Assembly (NCBI GenBank): GCA_017501665.1
Contig: JAFVWM010000034.1
Coordinates: 23,963 to 87,962 of the forward strand
DNA: 64,000 nucleotides
Origin: Alphaproteobacteria bacterium
Lineage (GTDB): Bacteria; Pseudomonadota; Alphaproteobacteria; RF32; CAG-239
Reading direction: 5' to 3'
Shown here: piece after piece, positions 57,994 through 64,000 of the stretch
How positions within the stretch are numbered: position 1 is the stretch's first letter
Layout of the letters: each line of letters starts with the position of its first letter
The notes under the pieces: model-generated
The model's database searches: none
What the model was told of the DNA's origin: nothing
Seen by the model: the letters and a program-made list of their open reading frames with translations, nothing else
Made by a program: the position numbers and the translations under genes

Positions 57994-58725
57994 ATGAAAA
58001 ATCAAAACATTAATATGGCTCAAATGGCTTTGGAATTTCCGCACCGACCAAGTCTCGGACGCGAAGATTTTATGGTAGCAAAATGTAATTATGAAGCAGT
58101 CAGCACCATAGATTTGTGGCCGAATTGGCCTTTTTTTGCCATATGTATATACGGCCCGTCAGGATGTGGTAAAACTCATTTAGCAAACGTTTTTGCTCAA
58201 ATGGTTGCATTACAAACATCACACCCTTACCGTATTCCGTTTATCAAAGCCTCTCAAATTGATAAAAATATGGCTCATAACCTTTTTGAAACCAATCCGC
58301 AAATAGTAATTGAAGATTTGCATGAACTAAAAAATCAAGAAGCACTGTTCCATTTATATAATACTTATCGTGATTTAGGCGGAAATATCTTGTTTACATC
58401 TGATGTTGCACCGGCAAGAATAAACTTTTCTTTAGCTGACTTACGCTCAAGAATGAATATTGTGCCAAACTTAGAAATAAAAGCTCCTGACGATGAATTA
58501 TTAATGGCTTTATTGGTAAAATTGTTTATGGACAGACAGCTTACACCATCACAAGAATTGTTAAATTTCTTATTAAAAAATATTCATCGTTCTTTTTCTT
58601 ATGTCAGAAAACTTGTCGAAGAAATTGATAATATATCTTTAGCAAAAAAACGAGCAATCAGTATCAACATAGCCAAAGAAGCTATCACAACCTTAGATTC
58701 TGACCTGCAATTTGATTTATTTTAA
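57994..58725 (+). CDS. hdaA: DnaA-regulatory inactivator HdaA (DnaA-related AAA+ protein)
   Basis: ...ALEFPHRPSLGREDFMVAKCNYEAV...IYGPSGCGKTHLANVF... and the ~240 aa size are typical of Hda/HdaA. Confidence 0.8.
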   Translation: MKNQNINMAQMALEFPHRPSLGREDFMVAKCNYEAVSTIDLWPNWPFFAICIYGPSGCGKTHLANVFAQMVALQTSHPYRIPFIKASQIDKNMAHNLFETNPQIVIEDLHELKNQEALFHLYNTYRDLGGNILFTSDVAPARINFSLADLRSRMNIVPNLEIKAPDDELLMALLVKLFMDRQLTPSQELLNFLLKNIHRSFSYVRKLVEEIDNISLAKKRAISINIAKEAITTLDSDLQFDLF

Positions 58726-58746
58726 AACCATAAAAAACGGAGAACT

Positions 58747-59436
58747 TTAATTCCCCGTTTTTTGCATTTTACGCCATTTGTCCGAAGCTTCATCACAAAG
58801 ACGATGAGAACAGAGAAGATATTTTGTCACAAAATCTTCAGCCTTTGGATGATCCAACATCTTTAGTTGTGCATCAACACAAAGCGAAATATCCGAAACA
58901 TATATATCAAAAAGCTTTTCCGCATTTTTGCAATCGAATATTTTCAATTCACCCTCACATTCAAGTGCATATTCCTTAACATACATTGTCAAAAGTTCCT
59001 CTGATTTGGGATGTTCTAACATCTTACTTTCGGCAATATTGCTTAAAGAAGAAGTCTTTATATATATTTCAAAAAGCTCTTTTGCTTGCGGATGCTCAAG
59101 CATTTTTACTTCAGCATTATCGTGAAGACAATACTTTTGAAGATACATCTTTAGAAATTCTTTAACACGTGGATGTTCAAGCATTTTAAGCTCTGTCAAT
59201 TCATAAAGACCCCAATGTCTGACATATATATTTAACAAATCTTCAGCCATCGGATGATCTAAAATCATAAACTCAGCCTCTTCATGAAGCCTAAACTTTT
59301 TAACATAAATGCTAAAAAGCTTTTTTAAATTCGGCAGCTCAAACATAAGTTTCTGCTCTTCATCACACAGATATCTGCCTGTTTTGATTTTTGTTCTTAA
59401 ATTAAACAATTTAAAGCAGTGCTTTGTTTTTTTCAT
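58747..59436 (-). CDS. hypothetical protein built of seven tandem 27-aa repeats (xxxKMLEHPxxxELxxxYxxxxxLxxx)
   Basis: Repeats read directly from the translation, for example TELKMLEHPRVKEFLKMYLQKYCLHDN / AEVKMLEHPQAKELFEIYIKTSSLSNI / AESKMLEHPKSEELLTMYVKEYALECE. Confidence 0.7.
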   Translation of the reverse strand: MKKTKHCFKLFNLRTKIKTGRYLCDEEQKLMFELPNLKKLFSIYVKKFRLHEEAEFMILDHPMAEDLLNIYVRHWGLYELTELKMLEHPRVKEFLKMYLQKYCLHDNAEVKMLEHPQAKELFEIYIKTSSLSNIAESKMLEHPKSEELLTMYVKEYALECEGELKIFDCKNAEKLFDIYVSDISLCVDAQLKMLDHPKAEDFVTKYLLCSHRLCDEASDKWRKMQKTGN

Positions 59437-59560
59437 ATTTTAAAATGTCGGTTATATCAGCATCGACCCGTCGCTTCTAAAGTTAATAATATTATAAAAT
59501 AATTCATTTAATGCCGACGATACTAACACAAATTTTTATTTAAGCAAGTTTTTTTAAACT

Positions 59561-59603
59561 AAAAAAAACCGAAGGATTACAAAAAATTCTTCCTTCGGCT
59601 TTT
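59561..59603. terminator. terminator hairpin downstream of ftsZ
   Basis: accgaagga / tccttcggc stem flanked by A8 and T runs. Confidence 0.5.
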
Positions 59604-59626
59604 CCGTGAATAAAAACTGTTATCAA

Positions 59627-61291
59627 TTATCTTCGTCTTAAAAACGCCGGTATCTCTAAATTTACCTTATCATCTACATCCTCTGAAAATGAGGGAGTTA
59701 TCGGTTCTTGAACTCTGGCATCTTGTTTTTGTTTATTGCGTTTTGCAATAGAACGATTGGTAAATCTGTCAATAAAACTACGAAACGTAGTTTCATTATT
59801 AGAAGGAATAAATTCCTCAATTTCTTCTTCTCGCTTAGTAATCACCGGCGCCGGATTATGATTTGGAAACAATTCCGGTTCCTTGTTTGGCATAACCAAA
59901 GCAGTTTTAGGAACAAACGGACTGTCTACACTTTCAATAGCTTCTGCAATTTGCTTATTTGTCGAAATATCTTTTACGTCTTCTTCGTCTTGTTTATTTA
60001 TAAAAGCCTTAAATAAAGAAGATGAATTAGGCATATCCGAAATAACATCAGATTTTTCGACCGTATCAAAATCTTCAAACATATTTTTCCTAAAAGAAAC
60101 AGAACGTTCAACCTGTTCTTCTAAAACGACAGGTTCATTTTCAACAGCATATTCAATTTTTTCCTCTGCATTCTCGGCAATATCTTCAGATATTTGTCCC
60201 AAAACATCTTCTATACTGTTTGTTCTCGGTTCTTCAATAATTTCTTTAACAACAACTTGTGCTGAAGCAGGTGTAATCACAGGCTCAATACGTTTTACAG
60301 GTTCAATCCTTGTCTTAGCTTTTTCATCAATTCCTGTTGCCACAATCGAAACTCTGATTTTACCATCTAACGAAGCATCAAAACTTGATCCGAAAATAAT
60401 ATTGGCATCTTCATCAACTTCTTCTTTAATTCTGTTAACGGCATCATCAACTTCCATTAATGTAATATCTTGACTTGCTGTAATATTTATTAAAACACCT
60501 TTAGCACCCTTCATTGAACAATCATCTAACAAAGGATTTGACAAGGCTTGTTCTGCAGCTTTAACAGCTCTATCCTCTCCTTCCGCTTCACCGGTACCCA
60601 TAATAGCCTTACCTTTATCTTCCATAATTGCCTTAACATCTGCAAAATCAAGATTAATAAGTCCCGGCATAATCATCAAATCGGTAATAGAACGAACACC
60701 ATCATACAAAACATTATCAGCCATAATAAACGCATCTGATAATTTTGTATTTTTATCTGCGATTCTAAACAAATTTTGATTCGGAATAACAATGATACTA
60801 TCAACTTCTTTGGTAAAATTTTCCAAAGCAGACTCGGCTGTTTCCGAACGCTTTTTACCTTCAAATTGGAATGGCTTAGTAACCACTCCGACAGTTAAAA
60901 TACCTTTTTCTTTAGCGATTTTTGCCACCACAGGAGCTGCACCGGAACCGGTACCGCCTCCCATACCGGCTGTAATAAATACCATATTGGCGCCTTCTAA
61001 CTCACGCTCAATTTCCTCAATAGCTTCTTCAGCCGCCAATTTACCGATTTCCGGTCTTGCACCTGCGCCCAAACCTTTGGTTGTTTCCAAACCAAGCTGA
61101 ATCCGTCTTTGTGTTTTAGAATTTTCTAAAGCTTGCGCATCTGTATTTGCTACAATAAAATCAACACCTTCAAGCTTTTGTGTTATCATATTATTGACGG
61201 CATTACCACCACCGCCACCGACACCGATTACAGAGATTCTCGGTTTTAATTGAAGCATTGTTTTTTCAGGGACTGTTAAATTAAGAGCCAT
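59627..61291 (-). CDS. ftsZ: cell division GTPase FtsZ (long C-terminal linker form)
   Basis: [13 protein letters not shown], the tubulin signature [11 protein letters not shown], and a conserved C-terminal peptide [15 protein letters not shown] after a ~200-aa linker. Confidence 0.97.
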   Translation of the reverse strand: MALNLTVPEKTMLQLKPRISVIGVGGGGGNAVNNMITQKLEGVDFIVANTDAQALENSKTQRRIQLGLETTKGLGAGARPEIGKLAAEEAIEEIERELEGANMVFITAGMGGGTGSGAAPVVAKIAKEKGILTVGVVTKPFQFEGKKRSETAESALENFTKEVDSIIVIPNQNLFRIADKNTKLSDAFIMADNVLYDGVRSITDLMIMPGLINLDFADVKAIMEDKGKAIMGTGEAEGEDRAVKAAEQALSNPLLDDCSMKGAKGVLINITASQDITLMEVDDAVNRIKEEVDEDANIIFGSSFDASLDGKIRVSIVATGIDEKAKTRIEPVKRIEPVITPASAQVVVKEIIEEPRTNSIEDVLGQISEDIAENAEEKIEYAVENEPVVLEEQVERSVSFRKNMFEDFDTVEKSDVISDMPNSSSLFKAFINKQDEEDVKDISTNKQIAEAIESVDSPFVPKTALVMPNKEPELFPNHNPAPVITKREEEIEEFIPSNNETTFRSFIDRFTNRSIAKRNKQKQDARVQEPITPSFSEDVDDKVNLEIPAFLRRR

Positions 61292-61397
61292 GGTATTTCT
61301 TACTCCTTGATTATTCTAAATTTTTTTCCGTTTACAAGAAGTATAAAACAAATACCTTAAGTTTTAGTTACCATAAATAAAATAAATGAAATAAAAA

Positions 61398-62657
61398 TTA
61401 TCCCCACAAGGTCTTAAGCCACATACCGATATTATCCATAAGCCCGTTACCCGAATTCATTGATTTAGAAATAATCTTTTTAGGCTTACGTTCACTAAAA
61501 TTAACATAAAACGACAACATTCCCACACAGGTTGCAAATCCGGCCGAATTAAGAACATCAGGTAAATTAAATGTATGTTTCGGTTTGCCCAAACGAACTT
61601 GTTTATCCAACACCATTGCCGCCACATCAACAACTCCCGGAAGTTGTGAAGCACCACCGGTCAAAACGACTCTGTGCGAAGTGTCATTGGCAAATCCGGC
61701 TTCCGTTAATTTTCTGGCTACAATTTCAAACGTCTCTTCAATACGAGGAGTTATAATATCAATAAGCTCAGAACGAGGAATTTGTTTAATACAGCTGTCA
61801 TCTTCTTCACCTACCGGATAAACATTTACTGTATCAAGAGTATCTTGTTGAGTTAAAAATGCACATCCGTGTAAGGTTTTTAATCTCTCTGCATGAGAAA
61901 AAGATGTTGCCAAACCGCAAGCAATATCATTGGTAACATTGCTTCCGCCAACAGGGATCGATGCAAAATAAATAGGATGTCCGTTTCTGAAGCTTGCAAT
62001 AGAAGTTGTTCCGCCACCCATATCAACTATTGTTGCGCCCATTTCTGTTTCATCACTAACTAAACAAGCCAATCCCGAAGCATAAGCATCAAAAACTTTT
62101 GCCGAAATATCCAAATGAGAATTTTCAATAACTGTATTCAAATTTCTAAATATTTGTTCAGGAACAATACCCAACAAAATATCTATCGACAATTCTTCGG
62201 CAAACAAATTGTGCGGATCTTTAATCAGTTCACCCTTATCTAAATGATAACCGTTGTGAATACAATGAAGCAAACTGTATTCACCGATATTAACTTTTGC
62301 CGTTCCTTTTTGATAAACCTTTTCTAAATCAGTATCTGTTATCGGCCGATTCTTATTAATTTGAATCGACGTTGTCTTAGACATACTTTTAACTTTTTCA
62401 CCACCAACACTGACAATAACTTTGTCAACATGTTCATTAGCCATCTGTTCGGCATCTTGAACAGCATTACCTATTGCTATGGTAGCTTCGCCGATATCGG
62501 TAATAACACCTTTTTTTACACCTCTTGATGCATTATAACCATAACCGATAACAGAAATTTTTTTATCTTTACTTACTTTGGCAATGATACAACTTACCTT
62601 AGACGATCCTATGTCTAAAGCAGCAATAGTTGTTGTTTTACCAAAGGTATGTTGCAA
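61398..62657 (-). CDS. ftsA: cell division protein FtsA
   Basis: Actin-like ATPase motifs (ALDIGSSKV, VDMGGGTTSIA, LTGGASQLPGV) at 419 aa. Confidence 0.95.
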   Translation of the reverse strand: MQHTFGKTTTIAALDIGSSKVSCIIAKVSKDKKISVIGYGYNASRGVKKGVITDIGEATIAIGNAVQDAEQMANEHVDKVIVSVGGEKVKSMSKTTSIQINKNRPITDTDLEKVYQKGTAKVNIGEYSLLHCIHNGYHLDKGELIKDPHNLFAEELSIDILLGIVPEQIFRNLNTVIENSHLDISAKVFDAYASGLACLVSDETEMGATIVDMGGGTTSIASFRNGHPIYFASIPVGGSNVTNDIACGLATSFSHAERLKTLHGCAFLTQQDTLDTVNVYPVGEEDDSCIKQIPRSELIDIITPRIEETFEIVARKLTEAGFANDTSHRVVLTGGASQLPGVVDVAAMVLDKQVRLGKPKHTFNLPDVLNSAGFATCVGMLSFYVNFSERKPKKIISKSMNSGNGLMDNIGMWLKTLWG

Positions 62658-62667
62658 AGCTCCGCTC

Positions 62668-63516
62668 CTACAATTTTTTTTCTTTTTTGTTTTTGTTCAA
62701 CTTAGTTTTTTTAAGTTTAACCACTACTTTACCTTCCGATCTTAAATCAATGATGGTTAATTTACGCTTAAGAATTCCTTTTGTTTTTTCTAATTTTAAC
62801 AATTTTTTCCATGCATTTACATAATTATTTTCGGGTAATTTAATGGTAATTCCGTTTTTTATATCATCCAAAATAACATTCCATCGTCTTTGCGAAATAT
62901 AATTAGCTGCTTTAATTCGTTTGGCAAATTCCGGATCAATTTCCTTTATTTCTGCAATAAAATCGATAAATTTTTCACCGGCCTTAGGTCCTACAACCAA
63001 CAAAACCTCATCATTTGGAATATAATCGGCTTCAATTACATATCCGTTCATATCTATAGGATAAAATCTTTCATTTAATTGCCATAATGCCAAAACATTT
63101 TTTTCTTTTATTTCTATTTTTAAAACATTAGGAAAAAAACTTCTGGTTATCTCAACATCTCTTATCCAAGGTAAATTTTCTAAATTTTGTTTGATTTTGA
63201 CAACATTAGCTTTCAACAAATTATCGCCTTGTTTCATATCGATAGTTTTTAAGATATCTTCGATTTCGGTTCTGTTCCTGCCGGTAACAATAATATCATC
63301 AAGCAAAAAATTATCTTTGCCGATATAATCTAAAACAAGATTCTTTGTTTCATCAATTTTTTTGTTAACTAAATCATTCTTCAAAACAACAATTAAAAAC
63401 GCACCGAAAAAAGTAACAAACAAAACAAAAAATACCGCCCTTGCTCTTTGCATACAATCATTAACGGGACTTATTGTCCTGTTTTTATTTTTTTCATTAT
63501 CCGTTTTTTTGCTCAT
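62668..63516 (-). CDS. ftsQ: cell division protein FtsQ
   Basis: Single TM, POTRA domain (...IIVTGRNRTEIEDILKTI...G.NLL...) and a position upstream of ftsA. Confidence 0.85.
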   Translation of the reverse strand: MSKKTDNEKNKNRTISPVNDCMQRARAVFFVLFVTFFGAFLIVVLKNDLVNKKIDETKNLVLDYIGKDNFLLDDIIVTGRNRTEIEDILKTIDMKQGDNLLKANVVKIKQNLENLPWIRDVEITRSFFPNVLKIEIKEKNVLALWQLNERFYPIDMNGYVIEADYIPNDEVLLVVGPKAGEKFIDFIAEIKEIDPEFAKRIKAANYISQRRWNVILDDIKNGITIKLPENNYVNAWKKLLKLEKTKGILKRKLTIIDLRSEGKVVVKLKKTKLNKNKKEKKL

Positions 63517-63517
63517 A

Positions 63518-64000
63518 TTATTTTTTTATACCTACGCGCTTAACTTCCCATTCCAAAACGATTGTGGTTTCTTTTTTAACATTTTCAACAATCATATTGC
63601 CTAAATCCTCAATGTCTTTGGCTGTTGCATTACCTGTGTTTATTAAAAAGTTACAATGTTTATCCGAAACCTCTGCCCCATTTACCTTAAATTCATTACT
63701 TTTGGTTTTTTTAATAAGCTCCCATGCCTTCAAACCTTCAGGATTCTTAAAAGTAGACCCCGCAGTTTTAGCATTATGAGGCTGACTCTTCATTCGGTAA
63801 TTTTTATGTTCTTCAATAATGTTTTCAGTAATTTTGGCATCTTGAGGAACTACTTTTAATGTCATTGATGTAATAATCCATTCTTCGGGAAAAAAACTTT
63901 GGCGATAACTTAAATTAAAATCATCAGCACTGACCTCTAATTCTTCACCTTCGGAATTTACAACGGTTGCTGAGATCAAAACATCTTTCAATTCTTTACC
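63518..64000 (-). CDS. murB: UDP-N-acetylenolpyruvoylglucosamine reductase MurB (C-terminal part; the gene continues past the right window edge)
   Basis: SQPHNAKTAGSTFKNPEG..AWELI...G.KVNGAEVSDKHCNFLINTGNATAKDIEDL is the conserved MurB C-terminal domain. The reading frame is open to nt 64000. Confidence 0.9.
   Translation of the reverse strand, partial: GKELKDVLISATVVNSEGEELEVSADDFNLSYRQSFFPEEWIITSMTLKVVPQDAKITENIIEEHKNYRMKSQPHNAKTAGSTFKNPEGLKAWELIKKTKSNEFKVNGAEVSDKHCNFLINTGNATAKDIEDLGNMIVENVKKETTIVLEWEVKRVGIKK

Noticed and set aside
61357-61371. CtrA box upstream of ftsZ (TTAA-N7-TTAC)
   Set aside because: Only one perfect half-site is present, in very AT-rich DNA where TTAA is frequent. 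I found no second supporting site or GANTC methylation motif nearby. Chance occurrence is likely.
1-64000. Mobile genetic elements, prophage or defence islands (integrase, transposase, RM, CBASS, retron RT, Cas)
   Set aside because: No ORF of 60 aa or more shows recombinase, transposase, reverse-transcriptase, helicase-nuclease or methyltransferase motifs. The only traces of mobility are the duplicated tRNA 3' ends.

Overview
This 64-kb window is gene-dense, visibly AT-rich chromosomal DNA that reads as an alphaproteobacterium. The markers are GcrA, MipZ, HdaA, a CckA-like hybrid kinase, a long-linker FtsZ, and the conserved rpoZ-spoT-DUF2062-acpS-lepB-rnc-era block. It also carries an anaerobe-type pyruvate:ferredoxin oxidoreductase and the flagellar export genes fliQ-fliR-flhB. 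I can support about 60 CDS, two tRNAs (Gln-CUG and His-GUG, both on the minus strand), one 6S-like structured RNA candidate, two attenuator-type leaders, and several intrinsic terminators. I see no rRNA, no CRISPR array, and no transposase, integrase or phage genes. Most of the window is housekeeping: secA, prfC, fmt, era, rnc, pepA, tsaC, pgm, and murB-ftsQAZ. The most unusual items follow, in rough order of interest. (1) An HNH/colicin-DNase-like toxin ORF and a SUKH-like immunity ORF are translationally chained onto essential tsaC (33.6-35.1 kb). (2) A conserved, functionally unexplained triad sits at 15.8-18.8 kb: a retropepsin-like protease, a transglutaminase-like domain fused to 7 TM helices, and a RimK-like ATP-grasp ligase. 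(3) Two large orphan effector-like proteins of 682 aa and 961 aa; the 961-aa gene lies behind a roughly 275-nt structured leader with a terminator/antiterminator and RBS sequestration. (4) Both tRNA genes have rearranged, duplicated 3' ends. (5) A GNAT / AstE-family deacylase operon lies behind a consensus promoter, a 22-codon uORF and a strong terminator. (6) A protein made of seven 27-aa repeats sits between hdaA and ftsZ. All family assignments come from motif recognition by eye; no searches were run.
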